Assembly (NCBI GenBank): GCA_040383885.1
Contig: JBEICQ010000001.1
Span: forward strand, 2,838-66,837
DNA: 64,000 nucleotides
Reading direction: 5' to 3'
DNA from: Flavobacteriales bacterium
GTDB lineage: Bacteria; Bacteroidota; Bacteroidia; UBA4408
Within the stretch, counting starts at the first letter, position 1. The number at the start of each line of letters is the position of its first letter. The position numbers and the translations under genes are program-made. Of the stretch, positions 19,529 through 28,729 are shown piece after piece. Under the pieces are notes generated by a model. The model was given only the letters and a program-made list of their open reading frames with translations, ran no database searches and was not told the DNA's origin.

Positions 19529-20071
19529 ATGAAAAAATACAACCTCATACTCGGAATGCTCGCTTTTACCGCGCTCTTTTGCGGATTTGCCATGACTAAA
19601 GAAGACAACACGCCCGTGGGTCTTAACATCGGAAACAAAGCCCCCGACATGGTCTATAAAAACCCCAAAGGAGAGGATGTAAGCCTGAGCAAAATCAACA
19701 AAGGAAAAATCGTGCTCATCGACTTTTGGGCATCCTGGTGCGGGCCTTGCCGCAGAGAAAATCCGAGTGTGGTAATGGCTTACAAAAAATATAAAAATGC
19801 CAAGTTCAAAGACGGGGCCAAATCCTTTACCATTTACAGCGTCTCGCTCGACAAAAGCAAAGAGGCATGGGTAAAAGCCATTCAACAAGACGGATTGGAA
19901 TGGGAATACCATGTGAGCGACCTGATGCATTGGAACAGTGCTGCTGCACAACAATACAATGTAAACTCTATTCCCATGAATTTTCTGCTTGACTCAAAGG
20001 GAATCATTGTTGCAAAAAATCTTAGAGGCAGCGACCTGGATGCAGAAATAGAAAAACTCATCGCCAAGTAA
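19529..20071 (+). CDS. TlpA-like periplasmic thiol:disulfide oxidoreductase (redoxin) with signal peptide
   Basis: Signal peptide followed by WASWCGPC (CxxC) in a thioredoxin fold. Confidence 0.8.
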   Translation: MKKYNLILGMLAFTALFCGFAMTKEDNTPVGLNIGNKAPDMVYKNPKGEDVSLSKINKGKIVLIDFWASWCGPCRRENPSVVMAYKKYKNAKFKDGAKSFTIYSVSLDKSKEAWVKAIQQDGLEWEYHVSDLMHWNSAAAQQYNVNSIPMNFLLDSKGIIVAKNLRGSDLDAEIEKLIAK

Positions 20072-20093
20072 TCCATCTTCAAAACATGCATCA

Positions 20094-20122
20094 GTCACAT
20101 CCCTTTAGGGTGTGACTTTTTT
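20094..20122 (+). terminator. Rho-independent terminator-like hairpin plus T-run downstream of the redoxin gene
   Basis: gtcacatccc-ttta-gggtgtgac is an imperfect 10-bp stem, followed by tttttt. Confidence 0.45.
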
Positions 20123-20126
20123 ATTC

Positions 20127-21194
20127 ATGAACAACACATACTTCGGAAATACACCTGAACAATACCTTTGGTTTGTGGGGATTTTGCTGGCAGGAATTCT
20201 ATCAAGAAAAATCTTTGCATGGTTGTTCTCCAATCTTTTTTACAGAATTCTCAACAAATACTCCAGGGAACTTGGCTTCAAAGCATTTCTCGATCTCTTG
20301 CGCAAACCCTTTGGAGGCTTTGTCCTGCTTTTTAGCATTTATCTTGCCTTTAGCCAGCTGAATTACCCTGAATCCTGGCACCTGGCACCTGGCAATATTT
20401 TTGGTGTGCGCATGGTCATTGCCCGCATTTTTCAGGTGGGTATAGTGATGTCACTTACCTGGATTGTACTTCGCATGGTGGATTTTGCTGCCATGGTGTA
20501 TCGTAAAAAAGCGGAAGAAAACGAATCCATGGGAAAGGTACAAATCATCCCGTTTGCCAAGGAGGCCATCAAAATAAGCATCGCCCTGCTCTCGCTGTTT
20601 TTTATCCTGGGAGTCATCTTCGAACTCAACATTGCTTCGCTTATTGCCGGTCTGGGTATCGGTGGTCTGGCCATTGCCCTTGCTGCCAAAGAATCACTGG
20701 AAAACCTTTTGGGCTCCTTCACGATTTTTTTTGATAAACCCTTTGCCGTGGGCGACCTGGTAGAGACCTCAGGGGTAAAAGGGCATGTAGAACGCATCGG
20801 TTTCAGAAGTACCCGCATACGCACCTTAGACAAAAGTTTTGTAACCGTACCCAACAAAAAACTCACCGATAGCGTACTGGAAAACATCAGCCTCAAAACC
20901 ATGCAGAGAATCCGCATCGTATTGCTGATTCCGAATGATGCAAGTGCAGAGAAAATTGTAACCCTCAAAACAGAATTGCTTGCTTATTTGCAGAACAATA
21001 AAAGGCTCACAGGCGAACGAAGCCTCCGTTTTGAATCCATCGATCCAAGAGGTGCTTTTGAATTACTGCTTATCTGTTTTGCAGCCACAAACAATGCAGA
21101 TGAGGCTGCAGACATCAAGGAAGAATTACAACTGGCCCTGCTCAACATCCTGCAGAATCACCAACTAAAACTTTTTGTGCCGGCCCATGGCTGA
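20127..21194 (+). CDS. MscS-family small-conductance mechanosensitive channel
   Basis: Three or four N-terminal TM helices and the MscS beta-domain region (…GDLVETSGVKGHVERIGFRSTRIRTLD…). The ATG at 20127 is preferred because the track's GTG at 20112 lies inside the terminator hairpin. Confidence 0.85.
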   Translation: MNNTYFGNTPEQYLWFVGILLAGILSRKIFAWLFSNLFYRILNKYSRELGFKAFLDLLRKPFGGFVLLFSIYLAFSQLNYPESWHLAPGNIFGVRMVIARIFQVGIVMSLTWIVLRMVDFAAMVYRKKAEENESMGKVQIIPFAKEAIKISIALLSLFFILGVIFELNIASLIAGLGIGGLAIALAAKESLENLLGSFTIFFDKPFAVGDLVETSGVKGHVERIGFRSTRIRTLDKSFVTVPNKKLTDSVLENISLKTMQRIRIVLLIPNDASAEKIVTLKTELLAYLQNNKRLTGERSLRFESIDPRGAFELLLICFAATNNADEAADIKEELQLALLNILQNHQLKLFVPAHG

Positions 21195-21813
21195 CAAGGT
21201 GAAATACTATGTGGTATGGGTAGGACGCAAGCCCGGTATTTACTCTACATGGGAAGCATGCAGCAAACAAATTCATGGTTTCCCGGGCGCCAAATACCGT
21301 TCGTTCCCGAGCATGGAACAGGCTAAAATTGCGTTTGCCTCCCCTCCTCTTCCGGCAATTAAAAAAACAGGATCGCTTCCCTCCGTTTCAAACCGTACAA
21401 AACTCCCTCGCCCCATCGGTACCTTTTTATGTGTAGATGCTTCCTGGATCACCACCACCGGTGCCTCAGAATACAGGGGCGTGATGATGCCTTCCGGGGA
21501 GGTCATTTTTTCGCGAGGCCCTTTCCAAAAAGGCACCAATAATGTGGTTGAGTTTATTGCCATTGTGCATGCGCTTGCCTGGTGCAAACAAAAAGATTCG
21601 GGTATGACCATTTACAGCGACAGCGCCACTGCCATTGCCTGGCTGCGCAAAAAAAAAGCAAACTCCAAACTAAACGGCGAGGGCAGCGACGAACTGCTGG
21701 AACTCCTGTACAGAGCTGAAAAATGGATCAGAGAAAATACCTGGAGCAATTCCGTGCTCAAATGGGAAACTGAGCAGTGGGGAGAAATACCTGCTGACTA
21801 CGGAAGGAAATAA
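21187..21813 (+). CDS. RNase H1-like ribonuclease with an N-terminal hybrid-binding (caulimovirus-viroplasmin-like) domain
   Basis: The N-terminal YYVVWVGRKPGIYSTWEACSKQIHGFPGAKYRSFPSMEQA matches the RNase H1 N-terminal domain. The C-terminal part contains …EFIAIVHALAW…SDSATAIAW…. The gene is convergent with the PP2C operon. Confidence 0.65.
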   Translation: MADKVKYYVVWVGRKPGIYSTWEACSKQIHGFPGAKYRSFPSMEQAKIAFASPPLPAIKKTGSLPSVSNRTKLPRPIGTFLCVDASWITTTGASEYRGVMMPSGEVIFSRGPFQKGTNNVVEFIAIVHALAWCKQKDSGMTIYSDSATAIAWLRKKKANSKLNGEGSDELLELLYRAEKWIRENTWSNSVLKWETEQWGEIPADYGRK

Positions 21814-21820
21814 TTGGTTT

Positions 21821-22879
21821 TCAGAAGCAGATTCCCGCAACACAAATATCATCTACCTGAGGCAGTTTAACCCTCCATGAAAGATGCTTTTGTAAAAGAT
21901 TTTCTTTCTGTTCTTCGGGGGAGAGATTTGCAATAGCTAAAACCAGTTTTTGCATGCTGCCTGTCATAAATTTCTTGCCTTTGTCTCCTCCAAACTGATC
22001 GGCATAGCCATCCGTATGCAAATACATCCTCAAACCATCCTTGATGGAAATAACATGCTCGGTAAAATTTTCCCTGTCTTCGAAAACCAAACCACCGATG
22101 GCGTGTTTGTTGGGTTTTATTTCTGTAAATACGGTTTCATCCACAAGCCAGCATGGCCTGTTGGCACCTGCATATCGTATTTCTTTTTGCAAAGTATCCA
22201 TGCTTACCAGGGCAATGTCCATTCCATCGCGTGAAGCATACTCACCCCGGTCCTGCTTGAGCGTAATCCTGATGTTGTGGTCGAGTTCATCCAGAATGGC
22301 TGCAGGAGAAGTTACCCCTTTTTCTTTTACAATCTGGTTGAGCAGGGTATTGCCAATCATGCTCATAAATGCACCCGGCACGCCGTGGCCCGTGCAATCT
22401 GCAATGGCAAGCAAACAGGAATGAGGACCTGTTGCATGAAACCAGTAAAAATCTCCACTCACAACATCCCTTGGCAAATACAACACAAATAATCCCGGCA
22501 GGTGCTGGCGCATTTCCTGCATTTCGGGCAAGATAGAATGCTGGATGATACGGGCATACTCGATGCTTTCGGTAACCGAGCGGTGCTCTTCCTCAACCAC
22601 CATACGCAACTGATCAATTCTTTCTTTTTCCTGATGGATGCTTAAGCTTTGCTGCCAGAGTTTTTTTATCCTTTCATCGAGCCTGGATTTTTCCTGCTCG
22701 AGTTTTTGTTTTTCGGAAGCAAGTACCGCATTGGCTTCTTCAATTTTTTTACGCTCATTGTGCACTGCCTCACTCATCTGCCAGAGCTTGCGGTTTTTTT
22801 CGGCAACGGTCTCCCTCTCTGCTTCCAGCTTTGCAATGCGCTGCAATAAATCATTTATTTCTGAAGCAGAATCGGGCAT
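21821..22879 (-). CDS. Coiled-coil PP2C (SpoIIE-family) protein phosphatase, last gene of the DUF1987-TIR-STAND operon
   Basis: The N-terminal ~130 aa have heptad repeats (LLQRIAKLEAERETVAEKNRKLWQ…). The PP2C domain carries IADCTGHGVPGAFMSMIG and DGYADQFGG. Confidence 0.85.
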   Translation of the reverse strand: MPDSASEINDLLQRIAKLEAERETVAEKNRKLWQMSEAVHNERKKIEEANAVLASEKQKLEQEKSRLDERIKKLWQQSLSIHQEKERIDQLRMVVEEEHRSVTESIEYARIIQHSILPEMQEMRQHLPGLFVLYLPRDVVSGDFYWFHATGPHSCLLAIADCTGHGVPGAFMSMIGNTLLNQIVKEKGVTSPAAILDELDHNIRITLKQDRGEYASRDGMDIALVSMDTLQKEIRYAGANRPCWLVDETVFTEIKPNKHAIGGLVFEDRENFTEHVISIKDGLRMYLHTDGYADQFGGDKGKKFMTGSMQKLVLAIANLSPEEQKENLLQKHLSWRVKLPQVDDICVAGICF

Positions 22880-22906
22880 ATTTTACTTGGCATTTCTTTT
22901 TTTTAA

Positions 22907-23866
22907 TTATTCTTTCTCAATTTCTTCAACAAAGGCATTCAGGTTTTTTTCATAGGTTTTGTGCCTTGCCTTTATCTCCAGGCCTTTTTGGGTAAAGTGA
23001 TCCTGGTCGGCCATATACTCTTCCATTTTAGGAGGAATGGTATTGCTGTATAAGCCGGGAGCCCAATGCAATTGTCTGCCCAAAAACCAAATGGCCAATA
23101 CGGAAATACATACAAATGTTTGCCTGTGCAGGGGTTGAAAAACCGGAAGATTATCAGGGGAAATTTGCTTTTTCAAATACATCAAAAACAAAGAAAGGCT
23201 GCAAACAAAAAACAATATCAATGCAAGAAAAGATATTGGATTTCCTCCGGGCCAGTGTTGTGTTTTAAACATGATTCCCATAAAACTGATTGCCATAAAC
23301 AAGTTAGCGGTAACATGAAATACACCCGGCAAAAAACCCTTCATGGATTTGTGTAACCGAAAAGAAAAGGCACGGAAGAATAAATAGAAAAAAACACAAC
23401 ACCCTAAAACAAAAACAAGGGAGGCACCCGGAACATGTTGAAACTTGGAAGCCATCCCCACCAAGAGCATGGACATAAGCAAGGGAAAGACAAATTTCTG
23501 TTGCTTTTTGGCAGCTATCATCAATGTAAGTAAGGATAATAAAGGCAGGAAAGCTGCAGCGGCAAAAACCCATTCATTTTGGATGACAAATGAAAATTGG
23601 GGAAACACGAAAAGAAAATGAAATATCCACCAGGGGAAGAGAAGCCACTTGATTTTTTTACTTCCCGGATGCAGTTCAAAAGCCTCCAGCAACAGGAGGA
23701 ATGAGAGGATTCGATAACACCAGGCCACCAATTGCAAACCCCAGGCGTTTTGAGCCATGTTGGAAAAAAAGCCCAGCAAGACCAAGAACAGAAGGGCGGT
23801 CATCTGGGTATATCTGGTTTGGGAGTTTTTCATGGTTTCTTCAATAACATCCTTACTTATTGCCAA
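22907..23866 (-). CDS. Polytopic membrane protein (~8 TM) with four internal 2-TM repeats, each ending in a (K/R)xQHWPG-like motif. No recognised family
   Basis: Repeated motifs are EAFELHPGSKK, ASKFQHVPGAS, MFKTQHWPGGNP and GRQLHWAPGLY, each following a pair of hydrophobic helices. The cytoplasmic C-tail is charged. The start overlaps the STAND gene stop by 10 nt. Alternative ATGs exist at 23833 and 23803. Confidence 0.6.
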   Translation of the reverse strand: MAISKDVIEETMKNSQTRYTQMTALLFLVLLGFFSNMAQNAWGLQLVAWCYRILSFLLLLEAFELHPGSKKIKWLLFPWWIFHFLFVFPQFSFVIQNEWVFAAAAFLPLLSLLTLMIAAKKQQKFVFPLLMSMLLVGMASKFQHVPGASLVFVLGCCVFFYLFFRAFSFRLHKSMKGFLPGVFHVTANLFMAISFMGIMFKTQHWPGGNPISFLALILFFVCSLSLFLMYLKKQISPDNLPVFQPLHRQTFVCISVLAIWFLGRQLHWAPGLYSNTIPPKMEEYMADQDHFTQKGLEIKARHKTYEKNLNAFVEEIEKE

Positions 23867-26800
23867 TTGTTTATTACGGAATTGTATCTGTCAATAGAAA
23901 AGTTCTTCAGATTGGGTGTGTACAATTGGTTTCTCTTGTTGTAATGCATGATCATCCAGGTATTCAACCAAAAACGCATGCCTGATATTTCCTTATCAGC
24001 AATTAGTTGCTCTGCATCATAGAGCACACCCCTGTCAACGAGCCCCGAAAAATAACTGTACCTGTGCCTATCGTTTCTGCCTTCGGTATTAAAGGCAATG
24101 CGCCTGGCAAAACCCTCACAATCCTCTCCTCCTATTTGTGCCAGCATCCTCATGTACTTCTGTGGCATTTTGTTGAGCCGGTGTTTTTCCTTGGCAAACA
24201 GGTGTTGCATCAGGGGCAGGGCATTTTCTTCGTATCCCTTGTCTATAAAAGTTTGGGCCAACATCAGTACATCATCCTGCCTTATCAGGTGTAAGCGGCT
24301 ACTGTCGAGGAAAGTGGCCACTTCTTTTGCGCGCCCTCTTAGAATCAATGTTCTGCAAAGCCCGGGTATGTTAAACACATCAAAATACCTGTTTTCTGCT
24401 GGTATGCTGATTTCCTTTTTTTGGGGCAAGGCTTTTTTTCCGTACAACATGGTTACCCAATCAAAATAATTGGTGCGCGCAATTTCACTTGTTGCAAATG
24501 TTTTCTTAAGCAGTTTATGATAAAAAGATGCCAACTCCGGTTTGGTTTCAAAAAAGTTTTCATCAAGCGCTTGTCCTTGTATGGCTTTAAGCACATCCCC
24601 AGTCAAATACATGGTATCAGCAAGTCCAGACATCGCATAAAACTGTTCATTGTTGTTGTACACTTCACTTTGGGGCCAAGGAATTTCATCAGGATTATTT
24701 TCGTTCCAGTAAGACACATAAAATCGTCCATCAAAAGGATTTGCAGAGGACTCATAAAACGCCAAAAAAATACCTGCAAAGGTTCCTGGTATGGAATAAA
24801 TAAAATCACCCCCTGACATATCAATGGATGTATTGGATGCTTTACCTATGGGGCTGTTTTTGTTTTCTATTAGATTAAATTGCTGCCATGAGGTAAGTAT
24901 GGCTGCTTGTTCACCTGCCGTGTCGCCTGCATGCTTCAAATAAGCAGCGTATTTTTTGTGGTACAACGCCAGCAAAAGTTTTTGCTGGTTTGTATTCAAT
25001 CCTCTTTTCGTTATTGAGGCCATCAGGTATTCATGGGCAGCGTCTACTGCTTCTTTCGGCCAAAAATACTGGCACATGGGAGGGAATCTTTTTTCAATAT
25101 CCTGTCCACTTAAAAGATCCTGTACTGAGTAATACAACATTTTTACTGAGAGTTTCCGTATCCTTTCCTCCTTTCCGCAGATGCGTTCAATGGTCTTAAA
25201 GGTTTCGGAGGCCGTGTGTTTTTTGTTGGAAAGAAGTGTCCCGAACAAGAGCAGGTCGTCAATGGTTTTTAGCTTGCCTTCCCGGTTAAAACCCTGTTCG
25301 TTTTGAAAGGTATTGACAAAATCATTCCTTGAGGCGTATTCCTGTCTGTGGAAGAACAAAATTTGTGGGACAAATAAGCCGTTGTTTACATAGCCCAGCG
25401 GAGCAGCTTCGGTTTTTTCTGCATCAAATAACTTTCTGCATTTTTCCTGCAGGGCTGACACATCTCCATGGGTATCGAAGTAAGCAGACAACAAAGGATG
25501 CTCATGCCTCAGCATACAGTTGGCAGCAAACAGGGGATTGAAAGAAATTTTTTCTAGAAATACTTTTTTTGGATTTTTTTCCTTGTATCGAATCACTGCC
25601 AGCATCAGTTGTTCGTTTATGGCATGCGTCTTTTCTTTTAGCTCTTCTATGTCCGGTACACCGGCAATGCTTAACCATAAGAGCAGTTTCGTCCATACAT
25701 GTGCCGTCAGGATATTTACCTTCCCGATTTTTTGCTTGTTCAGTTGTATTGTCTGCTCTTCTGCAATTTTTTGAAAGGAGGAAAAACCATGGCCGGCGAG
25801 CTTGCTCAGAAACTGCAAGTCCCTGCTGTAAGAGGCAGTATCGATATCCTTCCTTAAAGACCAAACAATGGCTTCCTTGATGAGCGTAAACTGCGTAGAG
25901 TCTTCCATGTTGCGGATGGCCTCCATAAACACTTCTGCATCTGCCGAGTCGCGGTTGTAGCGGCTGTATTCTATCAAAAAGGCGGCTTTCTTTTTTTCGG
26001 AGATGTAGGGGTTATTGATGTTCTCCAGGTTAAATGCCATGACCCTGTCTATGACCTGGTCATTTTGTTTGGAGTACCAGTCGAAATAAAAATACATGCA
26101 GGAACAAAGCACCAGGACGACGCCGGCATGCATAAGCAGGCGGTTGGCGCCATAGGCCAGCACAAAGCGGCTGAGCATCAGGTTGCGGGCACTGGCTTTG
26201 ATAAACACCCCGGCTTCCTGCAATTCTTTTTTAAAATGTATTTTTCTTGCTTGCTTTTCCTCTCCTGACTCATCGTACTTCAACAACCACCCTGCCGAAG
26301 GTCTTTTTTGGGCAAACCAGTGCTCAAAATAATTCAGTGAGCCAATCGGCAAGAGGTAGCCTCTTTCTTTTTTGTTGGTATACCAACGCTGCATCTGCAC
26401 CAAAAAATCGGCATACACCATGCGGTCGTCGTATTCCTGCCGGGACAATTCCTGCAAAAGTTCCCAGTTACGAATCAGGCTCTCGTGGCTGATGTCGAGC
26501 AGGCTGTCGGGAGAAAGAACCGGCTGTTCATTGTCATAGGGCTTGATGAGGGTATTTCCCTGCTTTCGGAAATGAGAAACAAACACCGCCACATGTTCAG
26601 GGGTAAAATCCTGTTCAGCGATTATTTCCGCTATCTCAGCTACTGTCATGCGGTTGCGCACATACCTTCCGGCATCTGCTTTTACCAGGCACTGCAAAAG
26701 GGTATTTAAGATATAAGCGCTTCTGGAAACCCAGGGCATCTCTGAATACTTGCTTTTTACCTCTTCCAGTGTTTTTTCATATAACTCGCCTGCATGTGCA

Positions 26801-27837
26801 TTCAGCACATTCTCCAGAGAGGGACGGTCAAAATATTTTCTTTTCTGATCGCTTTGTTGTTCCAACCATGTGTCAAATTCCTTTCGCTCGTTCTCATCTA
26901 AAAAATCCGGTGGCACTCCTGCCAGTTTCACCAGGGAAGGAATGTCCATGGGTTTTTGTGTTTCTCCCTCTCCATAGGACAAGTGCCACAATTGGTTGAG
27001 TGCATGCTGCAAAACCGGCAACTGATCAAAGCCGCTGCCAATGGCATTTACAAGGGTTTCTGTAAGCCTGGGCGTAATGGCACCCCCGGCAAGTTTTGCC
27101 GGCTCTGCAATCACTTGCTGCAACTCTTTGCGCTTGAGTCGTGGAACAAAAAACTGTGAAAAGCCAATCATCTCGGGCAGGCCGCGGAAAGCCGCACATT
27201 GTCCGATATAATCGCTGCGCATGGTGCATACCACATAGACAGGCAGCGATTGTGCATGAGCAATCTTTGCTGTTTCAATCAGCAGGTTTAATACGAGTTG
27301 TGCTTCATCGCTCGGAACTCCGTGGCTAAAGTTTTCGGGATTGGTAAAGAACTCTTCAAACTGGTCGGCAAGGATAATGAGATTGGCACCTTTTTTTTCG
27401 AGATTTTTTTTGCCTTCCTCATCCGTGTTCTGGTATGCTGAACTTTGGGGATCCACAAAAAACCCTGAGGATGCATACAATTGCAGAAGGGCCGAGAATC
27501 CATGCTGCAACTTTTCTTTTACCTGTTTCTCCTCCATCTTTAGTGCAGAAGCTACAGCCTTTGCAAGCATTTGTAGCGGAGAACGCGAAGGCGTGAAATC
27601 AGCCAGAAGCCATGAATTGAAGCGTGCTTTAAAAAATCCTGCCCTGGCCCTTGGAATCAAACCGGCATAGGTGAGTGAAGATTTTCCGTCGCCACTGGCA
27701 CCGGTGATCATCAAAAACCTGTTCTGTTCGAGCAGTGTTACAGCTTTGGCAGTATGGGCATCTCTGCCTTTAAAAAAGATGGATTCGTCCTCGGTAAACG
27801 GGCGCAATCCGGGATATGGACAAATGAGTGGTTCCAT
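23857..27837 (-). CDS. nSTAND-type (STAND-superfamily) P-loop NTPase, 1326 aa, with a mid-protein TM helix and a long alpha-helical C-terminal region
   Basis: The N-terminus MEPLICPYPGLRPFTEDESIFFKGRD matches the conserved nSTAND lead-in. Walker A is FLMITGASGDGKSSLTY and a Walker B-like motif is LIILADQFEEFF. A predicted TM segment is LLMHAGVVLVLCSCMYFYF. About 800 aa of helical repeat-like sequence follows. Confidence 0.75.
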   Translation of the reverse strand: MEPLICPYPGLRPFTEDESIFFKGRDAHTAKAVTLLEQNRFLMITGASGDGKSSLTYAGLIPRARAGFFKARFNSWLLADFTPSRSPLQMLAKAVASALKMEEKQVKEKLQHGFSALLQLYASSGFFVDPQSSAYQNTDEEGKKNLEKKGANLIILADQFEEFFTNPENFSHGVPSDEAQLVLNLLIETAKIAHAQSLPVYVVCTMRSDYIGQCAAFRGLPEMIGFSQFFVPRLKRKELQQVIAEPAKLAGGAITPRLTETLVNAIGSGFDQLPVLQHALNQLWHLSYGEGETQKPMDIPSLVKLAGVPPDFLDENERKEFDTWLEQQSDQKRKYFDRPSLENVLNAHAGELYEKTLEEVKSKYSEMPWVSRSAYILNTLLQCLVKADAGRYVRNRMTVAEIAEIIAEQDFTPEHVAVFVSHFRKQGNTLIKPYDNEQPVLSPDSLLDISHESLIRNWELLQELSRQEYDDRMVYADFLVQMQRWYTNKKERGYLLPIGSLNYFEHWFAQKRPSAGWLLKYDESGEEKQARKIHFKKELQEAGVFIKASARNLMLSRFVLAYGANRLLMHAGVVLVLCSCMYFYFDWYSKQNDQVIDRVMAFNLENINNPYISEKKKAAFLIEYSRYNRDSADAEVFMEAIRNMEDSTQFTLIKEAIVWSLRKDIDTASYSRDLQFLSKLAGHGFSSFQKIAEEQTIQLNKQKIGKVNILTAHVWTKLLLWLSIAGVPDIEELKEKTHAINEQLMLAVIRYKEKNPKKVFLEKISFNPLFAANCMLRHEHPLLSAYFDTHGDVSALQEKCRKLFDAEKTEAAPLGYVNNGLFVPQILFFHRQEYASRNDFVNTFQNEQGFNREGKLKTIDDLLLFGTLLSNKKHTASETFKTIERICGKEERIRKLSVKMLYYSVQDLLSGQDIEKRFPPMCQYFWPKEAVDAAHEYLMASITKRGLNTNQQKLLLALYHKKYAAYLKHAGDTAGEQAAILTSWQQFNLIENKNSPIGKASNTSIDMSGGDFIYSIPGTFAGIFLAFYESSANPFDGRFYVSYWNENNPDEIPWPQSEVYNNNEQFYAMSGLADTMYLTGDVLKAIQGQALDENFFETKPELASFYHKLLKKTFATSEIARTNYFDWVTMLYGKKALPQKKEISIPAENRYFDVFNIPGLCRTLILRGRAKEVATFLDSSRLHLIRQDDVLMLAQTFIDKGYEENALPLMQHLFAKEKHRLNKMPQKYMRMLAQIGGEDCEGFARRIAFNTEGRNDRHRYSYFSGLVDRGVLYDAEQLIADKEISGMRFWLNTWMIMHYNKRNQLYTPNLKNFSIDRYNSVINNWQ

Positions 27838-27838
27838 G

Positions 27839-28726
27839 CTATGCAGCGCTGCCCTCCTTTGCTTTTTCGTATTGCACTTTTATTTCAAGTGGAATTAAAA
27901 TACCATCAATAATCATACACAATACCCTGGGGGCTTTTAATTGAACATTCCGGTTGTTTTCCGGGTTGGTATCTCCAATCAAAAGGATGGGTGTTTTCAT
28001 GGAGGCTCCACCTGCGCGTTTCCATATTTCCTGGGTAAAAGGAAGGGCCCAGTCCGAGGAGGTTTTGAAGTACACGACTGCCAGGCGGCTTTTAGAAATT
28101 TGTTGTGTGCAATAGGCTGCATAATCGGTATCGCTGTTTTGCACAATACTGATATTATGTGTTTTTACCACATCTCCCAGCATGTCGAGCACATCGGCTG
28201 CATCAACTTCATCAAGGTGGTTAGATATAAAAAACACCTCCGTTTCGCTGAGGTCATAGTGGATTTGTTTTTCTTCGGAGAACTCCTGCCTCACATCATC
28301 TGCAAACTCAATAGGTGATGACACATTGCTAAAGGTCATCTGCTCGGAGAGCGCATTCCTAACCAGGCTAATGAAAGCCGATTGTTTGGGCTCGGGGATA
28401 AAGCTCCCCACATTGGGTGGATACCAGATAAAAAGTTTGAAGCCGGGTTTGTTTTGTATATAATCCAACAGGATGCGAAACTGAAACTCCGGCAGAGAAA
28501 AACTGCCTTGTAAAAAATGATGAACCGGGCCATATTCGCTGCTGAGCATGCAAACTGCTCCGCTGCATTGCTCAAGTGTTGTGAGTACCTCCTGCGGAAA
28601 TGCAGAAAGGTTGGCAGCATCAAAAACAGGACTCAGAGAGGAGATGCCTGCATTGCTAAAAACCTGGCCAAGGCTTTGTAAGTGTTGATGTCGTTGTGCG
28701 GAATCATCCGCAAAAAAGCAGAGCAT
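27839..28726 (-). CDS. Protein with two tandem TIR-like (flavodoxin-fold) modules
   Basis: Module 1 has MLCFFADDS…LGQVF…AVCMLSSEYGPVHHFLQ. Module 2 has VFFISNHLDEVDAADVLDMLGDV…AVVYFKTSSDWALPFTQEIW. Both follow the TIR strand/helix pattern (hydrophobic-FISYS-like strand, …L…L..G…F.D, …hhhS..Y..S.WC..E). There is a 1-nt gap to the STAND start and a 3-nt gap after the DUF1987 stop. Confidence 0.45.
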   Translation of the reverse strand: MLCFFADDSAQRHQHLQSLGQVFSNAGISSLSPVFDAANLSAFPQEVLTTLEQCSGAVCMLSSEYGPVHHFLQGSFSLPEFQFRILLDYIQNKPGFKLFIWYPPNVGSFIPEPKQSAFISLVRNALSEQMTFSNVSSPIEFADDVRQEFSEEKQIHYDLSETEVFFISNHLDEVDAADVLDMLGDVVKTHNISIVQNSDTDYAAYCTQQISKSRLAVVYFKTSSDWALPFTQEIWKRAGGASMKTPILLIGDTNPENNRNVQLKAPRVLCMIIDGILIPLEIKVQYEKAKEGSAA

Positions 28727-28729
28727 AGA

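Noticed and set aside
20112-20126. ORF-track start for the MscS gene at 20112
   Set aside because: It is a GTG lying inside the upstream terminator hairpin. The ATG at 20127 gives a normal MscS N-terminus.
24007-27670. Many 60-130-aa ORFs on both strands within 23857-27837
   Set aside because: They are embedded in the 1326-aa STAND NTPase frame, which has clear Walker motifs. None has independent support.
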